64,000 bases of DNA from Chiloscyllium plagiosum. Taxonomy: Eukaryota. Location: the NCBI RefSeq assembly GCF_004010195.1, contig NC_057751.1, positions 8,747,611 through 8,811,610 of the forward strand, read 5' to 3'. Below the pieces are notes generated by a model. The model worked only from the letters and a program-made list of their open reading frames with translations, was not told where the DNA came from and did not search any database. Made by a program: the position numbers and the translations under genes. Shown here piece by piece: positions 40,201 through 53,539 of the stretch (position 1 is its first letter; every line of letters begins with the position of its first letter).

Positions 40201-40733
40201 GATGTGAACATCGGAGGTATATCTATTAAGTTTGTAAATGATACCAAAATTGGAGGTGTAGTGGACAGCGAAGGTTACCTCAGATTACAACGGGATCTCT
40301 TATCATATGGGCCAATGGGCTGAGGAGTGGCAGATGGACTTTCATTTAGATAAATATGAGGTGCTGCATTTCAGAAAGGCAAATCAAGGCAGGACTTATA
40401 TACTTAACGGTAAGGTCCTCGGGAATGTTGCTGAACAAAGACCTTGGGGTGCAGTATCATCGTTCCTTGAAAGTGGAGTTGCAGATGGATAGGATAGTGA
40501 AGCCAGTGTTTGGTATGCTTTCCTTTATTGGTCAGCGCATTGACTAGAGGAGTGGAGAGGTCATGTTGTAACTGTACAGGACACTGGTTAGGCCACTTTT
40601 GGAATACTGCATGCAACCTTGTTCTACCTCCTATCAGGAGGAGGATGTGAAACTTGAAAGGGTTCAGAAAAGATTTACAAGGATGTTGCCAGGGTTGGAG
40701 ACTTTGAGCTCTGTGGAGAGGTTTTCCCTGGAG

Positions 40734-40953
40734 AAAGTGAGGACTGCAGATGCTGGAGATCAGAGCTTAAAAATGTGTTGCTGGAAAAGCGCAGCAGGTC
40801 AGGCAGCATCCAAGGAGAAGGAGAATCGACGTTTTGGGCATAAGCCCTTCTTCAGGAATCCTGAAGAAGGGCTTATGCCCGAAACGTCGATTCGCCTTCT
40901 CCTTGGACGCTGCCTGACCTGCTGCGCTTTTCCAGCAACACATTTTTAAGCTC
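40734..40953. mobile_element. Fold-back PLE-type element, family A: 95-bp near-perfect inverted repeat
   Basis: Arms 40763-40857 and 40859-40953 with 3 mismatches and a 1-nt spacer. TSD ggttttccctggag (40720-33 and 40954-67) inside the CR1. Confidence 0.9.
40856..40893 (+). ncRNA. Minimal type I hammerhead ribozyme motif (intact core, GUC site)
   Basis: GAAUC-CUGAAGA-A-GGGC-UUAU-GCCC-GAAA-CG-UC/GAUUC; predicted cleavage after 40888. Confidence 0.8.
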
Positions 40954-42332
40954 GGTTTTCCCTGGAGCATTGGAAGCTGAGAGGTGACCTTATAAAGGTT
41001 TATAAAACGATGAGGGGCATGGATAGAGAAGGTCTTTTCCCTGGGGTGGGGGAGTCCAGAATTAGAAGGCATAGGTTTTGGGTGAGGGGGAAAGGTTCCA
41101 AAGGGACCTAAGGGGCAACTTTTTCATGCAAAGGGGATGCATGAACAGAATGAGCTGCCAAAGGAAGTGATGGAGGTTGGAACTTATACAACATTTAAAA
41201 GGCATCAAGATGGGTATATGAATAAGAAGGGCTTAAAGGAATATGGGCCAAGTGCTGGCAAATGGGACTAGTTTAATTTAACATATCTGGTCAGCATAGC
41301 TGAGTTGGACTGAAGGTTCTGTTTCCATGCTGTACATCTCTATGACTCTATGATTCTTACTTGTCATAGACTTGCATACATTTTCCAATTAACCTCACCT
41401 CAACAGATTTTTGTGGTATGCAGAGAGTCCTGTTGGAGTTCAGGCATCCCAGGTTTCATTGCCTAGCATTTCCAAACTAAGACAACATTTGCTTGAAACT
41501 TTCAAGATTTGAAGAGGAACCCAGGAAGATATTGCAGAATCTGCTTCTTGTATCAGACTCTGCAAGTTAGAGCCAGATATTGAGAGAGAAGTTATCAAAG
41601 TACTGGTTCATAAATACATCAAATGTGGTAGTCAGTTTTGCTATAGCACAGTCGAACCATTCTCGTGCAATCCCACTTTATAAAATCATGTAATAGCAGC
41701 ACCATTTAAACTAATGGAGACAAAATTGCATTATAACCAACACGCACTCATGAAAGTGTCCCCTATTTGTCAATCGTGTTGAAGCATTTTTGTGTTTTTG
41801 AAGTGTGCATTTTAGCAGAGCGACCTGTACAAATTTATAACTCAACAAAATGTTATCAACACAGAAATGATCTGAAAGAGCATCCATAGCACTTAACCTG
41901 CAATGCATTACAAGGTTATCTCAAGGTAAAATGTGGCTCAAACCCAAAAGTAGGTCCAAAAATTGATTATAAAACATATTTCAGGGATGACAGTCAATCC
42001 GGCATTCGTAAATACCACATTAATTGGCGTGCATGTGTTCTGTTGATCTTTGTTTCAGGACGAGTGCTGGCACACAGCACATGATTTGACACCCTTATTT
42101 TGAATTTAACTGACCTTCTCTTGAAATAGTAAAATGAAATCAGTTTTACAAAAACTGCTGATGGATTACTATGACAATCTTGATTTCATTGTTGAGATGT
42201 GCCAACAAACTTCAAATTTCTTTCTATAGAGACACCCCTAAAAATCATGATACAATCCAGAGAGGACAACTGTCCTAACTTCCAAAAGACAAGGTACCAA
42301 TGAAATACAGTAGTCCAACACTGTACAAGATT

Positions 42333-42778
42333 CAAAGTTTGTGAGAAGATTTGTAGTTCGGGTGATCGTTGTTGTGGTTCTGTTCACCGAGCTGGGAATT
42401 TGTGTTTCGTCCCCTGTCCAGGTGACATCCTCAGTGCTTGGGAGCCTCCTGTGAAGCACTTCTGTGATGTTTCCTCCGACATTTATAGTGGTTTGAATCT
42501 GCCGCTTCCGATTGTCAGTTCCAGCTGTCCGTTGCAGTGGTCGGTATATTGGGTCCAGGTTGATGTGCTTATTGATTGAATCTGTGGATGAGTGCCATGC
42601 CTCTAGCAATTCCCTGGCTATGGAGAGGCATGGCACTCATCCACAGATTAAATCAAATGTCGGAGGAAACACCACAGAAGCGCTTCACAGGAGGCTCCCA
42701 AGCAGTGAGGATGTCACCTAGACAGGGGACGAAACGTCTGCAACACAAATTCCCAGCTCGGCGAACAGATCCACAACA
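42333..42778. mobile_element. Fold-back PLE element, family C, with a GIY-YIG remnant
   Basis: Minus strand reads ARELLEAWHSSTDSINKHINLDPIYRPL. Inverted arms; TSD actgt[a/c]caagatt (42320-32 and 42779-91). Hammerhead-like gTGAGGA-T-GTCACCT..AGGGGAC-GAAACGTC-TGC at about 42705-42741. Confidence 0.85.
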
Positions 42779-42789
42779 ACTGTCCAAGA

Positions 42790-43400
42790 TTGGTCCTCAT
42801 TCCAAAGTTACAATAGCCCATGTTTGGTACTGGAGCCATTACCTTTATGGCAAGGAGCTTACAAAGTAGTACGAAGGAGATTTTGCTGCAATTGTGCACA
42901 GCCTTAGTGAAACAGCATCTGGGATTTTGTTTGCAATTTTAAAGTATATATACTCAGTAAAGATTCAATCACATTTAATATAGCAACATTCTCTGAGCAG
43001 AGATTGGGTGTCTGGGCCTAATGAGCCCACAGTTTTCAACAACGAGGTGATGTCATTCAATCATACAAAGTTATCACAAAGATCAACAGGGTAGACAAAT
43101 ACACTATGTTACCCTTCGCTGAGAGATTTTGAATCAGCAACAGTCTCAGTAAACTACTACGCCACTTCAAATTAGTAATAAGAATTTCTTCATTTGGGGG
43201 TGGGAAACCTTTGGAATTCTCCCCTCGGCAGGCTATGCAGTTCAGCTGTCAAGTATATTCAGAAAAAAGATTGATAGGTTTGCATATACTACAGTCATCA
43301 AGGGATTCAAAGATAGTGCAAGAAATTCAACCATCAATGAAGTAAATGATGGAGGAGGCCTAAATGTTCAAAGAGGCATATTCCAGCTCCTAATTCTCAT
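42790..43400 (+). mobile_element. Degenerate CR1 3' region
   Basis: RT C-terminal and 3'UTR remnants. Confidence 0.5.
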
Positions 43401-46199
43401 ACTCCCATCATGTTAGGTCTCCAAATGTACAATTGTAGCAGGCATAATGGATAAATGCAGCATTGTTCATGCAGGAAATGGCTTACACTGGAACAGTGCA
43501 ATACTGGACAATGGGTGGAAAAAGGTTTAACTGCAAAGACATCATAGCACTATCGTTAAGTCCACGTTAATGTCAAAAACTGAGCTTTTGCAATTACATT
43601 CTTAGATGAAGTTCAAATTTTTGATCTGCCTGTACTTGAGAAAAATTTACTCTCCACGGACTGAGTGAATACCAATCCTGATATGTGCGTACACACTTCT
43701 TGCCATCACACACACATTTTCAAATCCAACTCAAAGTCCCTAGAAATAGTTTAGGACAAGCTTTGTTTACCTCCCAGAATGTGCATATGAAAAATGACAA
43801 GGACTTTGTACCGAACCATTCACTGTGGTCCAGTTTCATGCTGCACTCTTATTTTTGGACAGTGTTGGAAGGGTGAGAATGGGTGACATTTTTTTAATCA
43901 AAAAAAATGCAAGTCAGATTCAGCCAACCTTGTAAACAAATGAATCAACACTGCAGACTCAGCTTCTCCACAGGGCCTCCCCAGAGTTTTGTACTCATTC
44001 TTACAGCACTGCATTGTTGTTTTCTTCAACTGCAGATCTTAAACTCTGAGCCAGTTTCAAATTGGGTTTATGACATGGTGTGGGATATCAACATCGTAAA
44101 CAAGTTCTAATATCTGTGTACTTAATAAAATAAATGCAAAAACTTCCTACAGTTTTGATTTGACATTATACGACAGTTCAAAATGTTACAACGTAAAATT
44201 CATTTCATCGACTAGCTCACTTAAACTTCAATGTACTTGTTCTGGCCCAAGGTTAAAATCACTTGATGCTTCATGATACACGAATAAAATTTCACTCTTA
44301 CCTGGTTTTGCTGGTGAAATATCCAGATGGTGAACAGAAGAGCTTAGTTGAAGCTTCTCTTCTCCATTTACGAGATGCAATACCATTTCCCACGAATTCA
44401 ATTCATAGCTACACACTTTCCTCAGGCTGCTTTGATATTTTAGTCTAATGCTGTGCCACGTAATCACATCTGTTCTTCTGAACTTCAGAGAGACAATGAA
44501 CAAGAGAGATACAAGTTAAGATGGCGTCCAACTCTTTTCAGCTCATCCTGTTGTGCTTTCCTTTCACTGCCATTCATGCGGAAGATGAAGGACTTGTACG
44601 ATCATTGTCTGACCCACAACTCAAATGAGCAATGTTTAATATCAGGAATACTTAGGTAATCGGGAATCTGAACATGCATTGGGTAGCATTGGTGGCCCAA
44701 CCTTGAGGATGTGGTACAGAGAGAACAACATGAGAACATAACTTTTTGATTCAAATCATGCAGGACCTCATGGCCAAATAAAGAGATATGCACTTTGAGA
44801 GCAACAAATTCATACAAACGGCAATAAGCGAAGAACTGTTAGCTCATACTAGCTGGCATTTATTCTACGTTTCACAAATGTACATCAGGTTATTTTGTCT
44901 TCTTCCACACATCCATACCCGTCACTTACACGTCAAATGAAATGCCCCATGAGGTTTGTATCAGCCTCAAACCAAGATATAAATTCAGCAACCTCTTAAT
45001 TTTGCTGCTCTGCTCTAAATATTTTACATTTAGTCTAGAATCCTCCATCGTTTAACCAAAATTAGTGACTGCATACAAAGGTGGGAAAGCATGATCAGCA
45101 ACATAATTCTCAGAGAGTATTAAAAACAAACCAGGTTATGTATTCATGTTAGCATTAATGTATTGATCAATGGCAGAATTCCTCCCCTCAATATCAGTGT
45201 CCCACCTTAACCATGACCATTTCATGGGCATTTTTTTTCAAAAAAACATTACTTTAGGCTAGCACTTCAGCACAAGCCAAGAATCAAATCTGACTCACGA
45301 TAACAAGCAGGTGTCTCACCAACCAAGAAACTGGACAAGAAAAACAGTTCTGAAACTGAAAACCTGAGGATGCTAAACATTGAAAACAAAAATTACTTGG
45401 AGAAGTACTCAGATCTACCCATCCGTATTGAAACCACTCAGGGCAGGAGAGTAGGCCCATGTGGAAAGCTTATCCAATGGTGGCTCAATGGCTACATTAT
45501 TTAGCCACCATGCTGCTTTTTTGTAGTTCAATGCAGTGTTTGAAGCCCAAGAACGGCGCTGAGAATGTTCCATGGTTTCCCATTCACTCCCCTAATCTGC
45601 ACGAGTGCTTTGGGCACTGTCATACTTGACTTGACCTTTTAAATTTCTCCTTCAAGCTTTATTCCAAGTGGAATTCCAGACATTAGAGACCGCTTTAACA
45701 CACCTTCACAAAAAAAAACTCCTTTATAACAGCAATAAATGATCAGTGAACCTTGATCGAAAATAATCTCAAATAAAACCTCGAACCAACTGTCAATTTC
45801 AGTTAAATCAAGGCACACCTCGTATAGTTTGGCAATTTACTAACAGATCATGATCTCAGCACAATTTTTATTCTCGTGTTTTGAGGGCAACCATGTGAGA
45901 AGACTTTACTTCTTTCAAGTATCTTACACAACTTTAAGATGCCCTATGTGCATCGTACCCCAAGAAGTACACTTGTTTCAAGTGCAGTCACTCTCCTGCA
46001 GTAGCTATGCACTACAAGGTGACAAAAACAATCAAATGAAGGACTACATAATCTGTTTAGAGATGTTTCAACGAAGTGTTCAGCCACAGGAATAATGTCA
46101 GATTGTAATATTTACTGCTTACAATCTATCTTCAGTTATTGCACAGGTCAGAAATGACGTAATTTTCCATGAGTGTTACACTTCTTCAAGGAAACAATA

Positions 46200-47695
46200 T
46201 TGGAGGTAATCTAGATTGTTAACTGGAATGAGCAACTTATAATAAAGCTTAGAAAGGCTGAATTTGTTTCCACAGCTAAGACAACTGAGGAATAACTTCA
46301 TTGATGTATATACCATACTCAATGGTCTGTGAATTTGGAAAGGTGTTCTCTCTTGGGGATCAGTGAACAATTAAGGGACAGTGTTCTGCAACTAAATGAA
46401 TGCCCTTTTAAGTCAGGGATGCAAAGACTTTTGGTCTCCCAGAGGCTTGCGTAATTTTGGAACCCACTGCCTCAGAAGGTGGGTCATTAAATCTTTTTCA
46501 GGTTGAGGTAAGCTTCAGCAAGGGAACCACAGGTTATCGGGATAGCTAAGAACACAAAATTCAAAATACAAACCAATCAGCCATTTTGTTCATGCATGAC
46601 AGAGCAGCCTTGAAGGGCTGAATAGCTCATTTCTGCTCCTAATTTTGTATCGTTTCAACAATCAACTGGAATGTGTTAGCCGATTGAATACAGTCTCAAA
46701 GGTCTGAGACGGTCAGGGACCAGTGGTATGCCACAAATATAAATTCTGGATCCATGACATTTATATTAATGATTTGGATTTGGACATAAGAGGTATGGTT
46801 ACTAAGTTTGCACATGAAACCTGAATAGGGGGTGTTGCGGACAGTGAAAGTGGTTACCTCAGAATGCAATGTGAGCATGAACATATGGGCCTATGGGCTG
46901 AGTGGTTAATGGAGTTTAAATAAGATAAATGTGAGGTGTTGCATTTTGATACAGCAAATGTGGACAGGATCTGTACCATCATTGGCAGGGCCCTGGGCCA
47001 GAGTTGCTGAGCAATTGCATAGTTTCTTCTTGGTCGAGGCACAGATTAACGGGGTGGTCAAGGCATTTTGCTATGCTTGCCTTCATTGGTCAGTGCATGG
47101 AGTATGGGACTTGTGAGGTCACGTTGCGGCTGGACGGGACTTTGGTGAGGCCACCTTTGGAATACTGCCTTTCTGGTCACCCTTTTACAAGAAAAATGTT
47201 TCTGAACTTAAGAGGGTCCAATAAAGATACAAAAGGACATTGCCATGACTGGAGCATTTGAGTTCTAAGGAGAGGCTGGATAGGCAGGGGCTATTTTTCC
47301 TTCGAGTGTCTGAAGTTGAGGGGTGACTTTATAGAGGCTTAGAAAATCATGAGGGGCAGGAATAGGGCGAAAAGATAAGTCTTTTCCCAGGGTGGGGAGA
47401 GACCAAACCTCTTGGGCACAGGTTTACTGTGAGACGAGCACAATTTAATATGGACCTCGGACAACTTCTTCACACAGAGGGTGGTGCACACATGGGATGA
47501 GCTGCCAAAGCATGTGGTAGAGGTGGATACAATTACAACACTGAAAATCTATCTGGATGGGTGTATGAAGAGGAAGGGTTTAGAGGTATATGGGCAAAAT
47601 GCTGGGAAATGGAACCAGATTCATTTAGGATATCTGGTCGTCATGAACAAATTAGACTGAAGGGTCCATTTCAGTGATAAGCCACTCTATGACTG
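46200..47695 (+). mobile_element. Two CR1 fragments (about 46200-46650 and 46690-47695)
   Basis: TLVRPPLEYC, gagggtgactttatagagg and a ctctatgact tail. Confidence 0.8.
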
Positions 47696-50600
47696 TGTGG
47701 TTTTGTACCCTGTAAATGTAAATCTTCAGCAGAGAAAGGGAAGTGCAAATTAAGCAACAAACACCTAACAGCCAATAGTCATGTAATTAATTCCCACTGC
47801 CAAATCATATACAAGGACGAACTAGCCATTTGATTGCAACTTTCAAAGCTGATTTTACTCTTGGCCATTCACTTATTCAGGTTCATGTCATCACTGATTC
47901 TTTGATACTGACTGTTCAACAGAGTCTGTCAGGCTTGCCAGAAAGTCTCAATTCTGAGCCCCACCTTAGGTTCACTGATCTTAGGCAGAAAGAAAAGTAC
48001 TGTTTGTCATTATTGATCTGTCATCAGTGACCCCCAAGAGTAAAGATAGATATCCATTTAATGCCCATCAATACTCACCATACAGGATCACAAAGACTCA
48101 ACCTCTGGGCAAGAGGCAACGTAGTGGTACCAGTACTGAAACTACACCTCAAATAAGTTCCTTCAAGGAGAAAACTGCAAATAAAAACTCCAAGTTATCA
48201 TTTAAATTACGAGCAAAATGAGACATTCATCTTCTAAAGATTGACAGTGAGTAACTTTTTTTATATCAGTTTCACGCTTACCTCAATTTTAATGCTGCAT
48301 TTGTCCAGTGGTTACTTTTCAACACTTCAACAGGGCTTGAGATCTAATTTTAGACTAACTTGAAAATAGTTTCTAAAGGATACTGGGAACAGAAACAAAA
48401 AAGGCAGATGCAGGGGGTTGACCAATCAGGAAGGATTGAACTTGTATCATGCAAGCAGACAATAATCCCCCGGCTTTTAGAGGCACACACTTGGTGCCAA
48501 GCTTTTACGGTATTCCATAAGGTGCTACTGAAGCTGAACCATCACCAACCATGTGATGTACCAAATACTTGGAACATATTCAGCCATACCTAATAGACAC
48601 TCATTTCATTTAAATTCCCCAGGGAAAGCGAGTCATCCAGCAGACAAAATGGAGATCAAGTTCCCTTTCTACAGTGAACTGACAAGTCAAGTCCTGCTGC
48701 AGACGTAGCTGATTTAAGAGTAATAGGAGCAGAGGAAGAAACTACTTTAGTGCCCTTATAAAAAAAAATCACATAACTGTTTTCAGAACGTGTTGCGCTG
48801 TCTGCTGTTTGATAAATATTGGGATGGTTTGCATTCTGTGGCATGCTGATAGTGTGTCAACTTGTATGTGAAAAAGATTGCAATTTGAACCAGCATCCAC
48901 AGATCAATCAGGCATGGTGACAAAAATAAACAAAAAGTCCTAACGCTGAAGTTAGCATTTAGTTTGGATTAACACAAATCCTCCAACACTGTATTGCACA
49001 AGTCTGTTTCAACCCAACTCATCTTGCACTTCTCAAAAGACTTTTAAAATGTAAAAGCCATGAGAATAGCAATTTTTCTAATTTTGAAACAAAGTGCTAA
49101 CACAAAATTTATGATCAGAGTTAGTTCTGTCCAAAACTGTGCAATCCAAATGTAGTATTTGACTGTACAATTTCATTTTAAAAGCCCAACCATCTCATTG
49201 AACACACAAGTTAGGCTGAAATTTTACTTTTGAATTCAGCATATCTGAAAACCTCTGGGCAAAACAGATCAAAATTGGCTGAGCAGTTTGCCTCAGAGAG
49301 CCTAAATTCATCCCAAGTAACTAAATGTTTAACACCTCTCTTTCAGAGATCAATGAGCTCTTCTTGCCAGGGTGCAGGTAGAAAGTTTGTTTCCTCTTGT
49401 GAAAGAATTACAAATGAGGAATGCACAAAACTTATGGGTGGCCCATTTAAGATAGACAAGGTCTTGAGTTTTGCAAACACTCTTCCTCAATAGGGGGCTG
49501 AAGGAGACAAGTTTTTTTTAAGGCAAACATACATAGTTTTTTGATAAGCAAAGGTTATTGTAGTCAGCAGACACATGAATTAATCAGATCAACCATCACC
49601 TCACTGAATTGTGGAGCAAGCTCAAGCAACCAAGTGGTCTATCACTGCTTCTGATCAAGACATTTATTGATGCTTATAATTTTTGTGGAAAGGTGCCTTC
49701 ACTTGACACCAAAATGTCACCCTCACTAACCACTAAGGGTATTTCCATTCAGCATCCAAGTTTTCAAAATTCCAACTGCCTCTGGATAGTGACCATCAGG
49801 GAATAAAAAGAAAATCCATCTAAGAGTTTGCTGTGTTCCAGCATCACTGACACAAATACTCAGCATACCAGCAGGACAGCCTTCTAACAGCACAAGTAGC
49901 GACAAACCAATCTATTCAACACGAGGAACGCTTCCCAATGATGGGCACAAATCTGCAGAGGTGTGATACTATATGCTTTGCGTTGGATCAAATGGCCTGA
50001 GCCAGTGTGGCAGTTCAGAAGTCATTTGCCTCTGTTGACCAATATGAGTGTGGAAAACATACGAGGGAACCTTGTATATTTCATTATCAAAACCAGTTGG
50101 TGAAGGAAAGCTAGGATAAAATTAATGCTGTCCAGTGGTCACACAACCTGGCTGAGGTGAGGCCCGAGGATGCGTAAAATGCCCAAGTAGTGTCATTCTG
50201 CATAACCGATTAGAGAAGTGTTTTCTAATATCACGAAATGCATTTAAATTGACTATGATGCAGAATCAACATCAAAATTATGTTACAGCAATGGTTGAAA
50301 AACACTACTTAGCGACACGGAACCATTTCGGGTCTGCAAAGCAACTGCAAGAATCTCAGTTCCAGTGCGTGTTTTGGACTTCTTGCTCTTTAAAATTTGA
50401 GAACTGGATCAATTAGTCATCTGAGTTCGGTTTTCATTATCAAATATGATCATGGGAATGGTTCAAGACAGCAACACGAGGAACTGTTTGATTTTATTTT
50501 TCCACAGGTGACTGTCATATTAATTTCCTTTCTTGCTCATCTCGTGACAAGTGCACAAACACTCAATTCATAGGTTTCAAGAGCTGAGAGCTGATCACCA

Positions 50601-50936
50601 TATTACACAGCAGTTTCACTTCAGCTCTGACAGAAACTGCACAGATCAAAATGAGCCATAACAATGGATTGGACTTTTGACAAAAAAAAACCTCTCCCCG
50701 AGCTTCTCACTACTTTTGGATCCCAATCTCAGTCTCGTCAACCAGGTTGACCAGAAATGTTTTCTCAAGGAGAATGGGTAATAAAATTCCATAAATTCAG
50801 AGTTATAGAGCAAAATTCAGAGGTTCAAACCACTTAAGTGGTGTACATGACAACTACAGGAAACCAAAGTAAGAAAAAGAATAAAACAAATATGGACTTC
50901 ATTAAGTCCACTGCAGCCCCATTGAAAATGCACAAG

Positions 50937-51124
50937 TTTATTAACACCGAGTAAAAAATACTTAAGGTTCAGATTCCAGCACAAACATCAGTAAAACTTA
51001 CCGGTGTTAGACACATTCTTTAATGCATTCATTTAAAATAATAGTACATGGGTTTAACAGTTTACACATCATTTCAAAAAAGAAAAAGCACCAAATAAAG
51101 GAGCTATTTTTTATCATTTTTATT
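50937..51124 (-). terminator. PPP2R2A: PPP2R2A polyadenylation signal cluster
   Basis: Minus-strand AATAAA (51124-51119), ATTAAA (51024-51019) and AATAAA (50942-50937), 0.6-0.8 kb after the stop codon. Confidence 0.6.
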
Positions 51125-51743
51125 CAGTAGGTTTCTCTTGCGCCAGAAATGGCAAGGGCAGCAATATTACAGTTGGTTGTTAAAACATCTGTATGCAACA
51201 ATAACCACCTGACTCACTGACCCAACTCTGACCTGCTCATGTCCTTTACACTCCAACAGGGCCAGGAGGAGTCTGTGAGGTCAGAGGAGGAATGTCACAA
51301 GCGTTAACAACAAGCTGTCTGTCGATAAAAAGAGGAGCGGGGAGGGGGAAAAGAGAACATTACAGTAATCAGGGTACACAGTAAAACATTGCCATATCAT
51401 GACTGAAGGACTTCTTCTTCAAGACCTCACCACAATGGAAGGCAAAGGAGTGGATTAAATGAAGGTCTGATGCAGTAAAATGCTAATGTAGTGGCCCATA
51501 ATTTGTAATGAAGAGACAACCTCCCTCCCTGCCAAATGACGAGCGAACATGGCCTGAATTTTGAGTGGGGTAGGGAACAGGAGCAAAAGAAACTTGGATA
51601 ATGTGACTGGTGTGCGTTATAAATGGCACTGATTCAAGAGAGGAGCTGGGGAGGGGGCCGGTTTGGGCCTCTCTCTTACAAGATATAAAGGCTACGCTAT
51701 CTTAACTAGGCAGGAATTGGATTCTTGCTTCACTGCACTTGTT

Positions 51744-52023
51744 TTAATTCACTTTGTCCTGGAATATATACAGATTGTTGGTTGTGGCTACAGCAATGAT
51801 GTTGTCCTTCGGATGCCAAGCTGTGTGCAGGATCTTCTTGTTGAAGTCCAGACTATCAACACTAATCTCGTCCTTCTTCCTCTTGCCTCCTGAGCACACC
51901 CTGCGTGGCTTCAGGATAGCCCGTGGTTTGCTGTTCTCTCTTGAGGCCTCTAGCGTAATGTCCCGTTTTGTGTTTCTGTCGAACATTCTGAAAAAATTGT
52001 TGTACGACCCAGTCATGACAACA
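51744..52023 (-). CDS. PPP2R2A: PPP2R2A last coding exon ([29 protein letters not shown]...[18 protein letters not shown])
   Basis: 280 nt, tttag acceptor, TAA stop. SVVMTG, RDITLE, IIAVATT and QDKVN point to the alpha isoform. Confidence 0.96.
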
Positions 52024-52617
52024 CTAAAAGAGTTAGAAAAGAAAACAGCTATGAGCAAGTGAACAGGCATTTTAATAACTCTAAACACAAGATGCTGGCA
52101 CATTCTGAAATGTTTGCTTGGCACCTTGGGATGATATTGTACATGACTCTACTGGACATTTTCAATCTTGCAGTTTTGTTAAGTTCCTTCAAAGCAAATT
52201 TCAACAACCTCACCAAGGTAGTTTTGGGTTTCATCAGTGGGCAGGTAATGACTGCACTACCTTCAGCTCCCTCCCACCCTCTTTCCCCCCTACCCACCTC
52301 CACCCCCAACAAGGCTGGGTTATCAATATGGTTCCATACAAAAAAAGACCTGTGAGGCTCAAGGGTTCGCTGCCCATGACTACGAAGGAGCCAAAAATAC
52401 TGACCAACTGTTCTTACATGGCAAAATACACAAGACCTAAACATGTATTGCGCAAACTGGTGCTGAGCACTGGTTCAAACTGTACCTGCAACACATGCAT
52501 AAAGAAATCATCTGTGCCACGATACCGTACAGAGGCCACACAGTGTTAGCAGCAATAAGGACTGAACCAGAGGAAAATTAACAGTTGAAGATGTCATTGT
52601 AGAAGAATCAGCTGTAC

Positions 52618-52709
52618 CTATCACAACCATTCCAACAACATTCGAACTTGTCAAATATACAGTCGTTTTCATATAGCGAGCAGAGTTTGCTTCGGAGGTA
52701 TTCGTGCAC
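52618..52709 (-). CDS. PPP2R2A: PPP2R2A exon ([31 protein letters not shown])
   Basis: 92 nt with tacag and gtacag boundaries. Not in the ORF track but in frame with its neighbours. Confidence 0.97.
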
Positions 52710-53539
52710 CTGTAAGAGTGAACAGTCAATTAGTACTGACACAGACAAGTTGCACTCAGTGAAGAGCAAACGGAGGGTACAACCAAGACAAAGCTATTTA
52801 TGTGAACAACAATAGTGTTGTTTAAAACTTCAAACATGAAGGTAGATTTGGTGCAAGTGACAAAGCCAAGCGTCAAATTTAGAAATGAATTGTTTTTCCA
52901 TGACAAGTTGGATGCATTAGCAGAAACACCACAACCATTCTTTGTGCAAGCTTTTCTCCTCCATTTCTGCTTTTGTGATACATGGTTGCTCAGTCAAGAT
53001 CATTTGGTTTCTTTTGTTCTTCAAACTACAGCTGAAAACTGCTCTCCACTTGTCAGAATTCCACTGCAACATCCAAATCAGTCAGTTAAATTTGGACATT
53101 GCCGATAAGTGGCAATTAACCTCTCCAATTCAGCACTTGTCTCAGACTGAAATTCCTGCTTCTTTCATTACCATACAATGACAGCCTTGTGTGAGTACCA
53201 GCATGGAGACTCCAGCACTTCAAGCCAGCAGCTCATGCAGAATTACAAGCATGCAGGAGATTCTGGCCTTCCCAGTGATGCTCTCATCCCATGAATAAAT
53301 CATTGAAACCAAGTTATTTCAATCCCACACTGTGCTTCCTATTGCTCAAATTTAAGTACGGAAAAAAAACACAAATAATGTGAGGCAAACAGAGAAAAAA
53401 AGCAGTGTGATGGAACAGATACATTAATATCACAGGTACGTAAACAGCATAAGTGGTGGACCCAATCTTTATAAGAATAAATCCCAAACCTCAGGTTCAG
53501 GGCTGGTACCAGGCAATAAATTATATTGATAACGCTTCA

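Larger units (their letters stand above)
39655..41355 (+). mobile_element. CR1 (HER1-like) LINE RT and 3' end, with frameshifts and stops
   Basis: GNYRLVNLTS, QHGFVRRKSCL, GVPQGSVLGP-like and LERVQKRFTRMLPG motifs; ctctatgactctatga tail. Confidence 0.92.

Noticed and set aside
40599..41072. Two opposite-strand ORFs sharing the peptide LKMCCWKSAAGQAASKEK
   Set aside because: An artefact of the DNA palindrome inserted in a CR1, not a gene.
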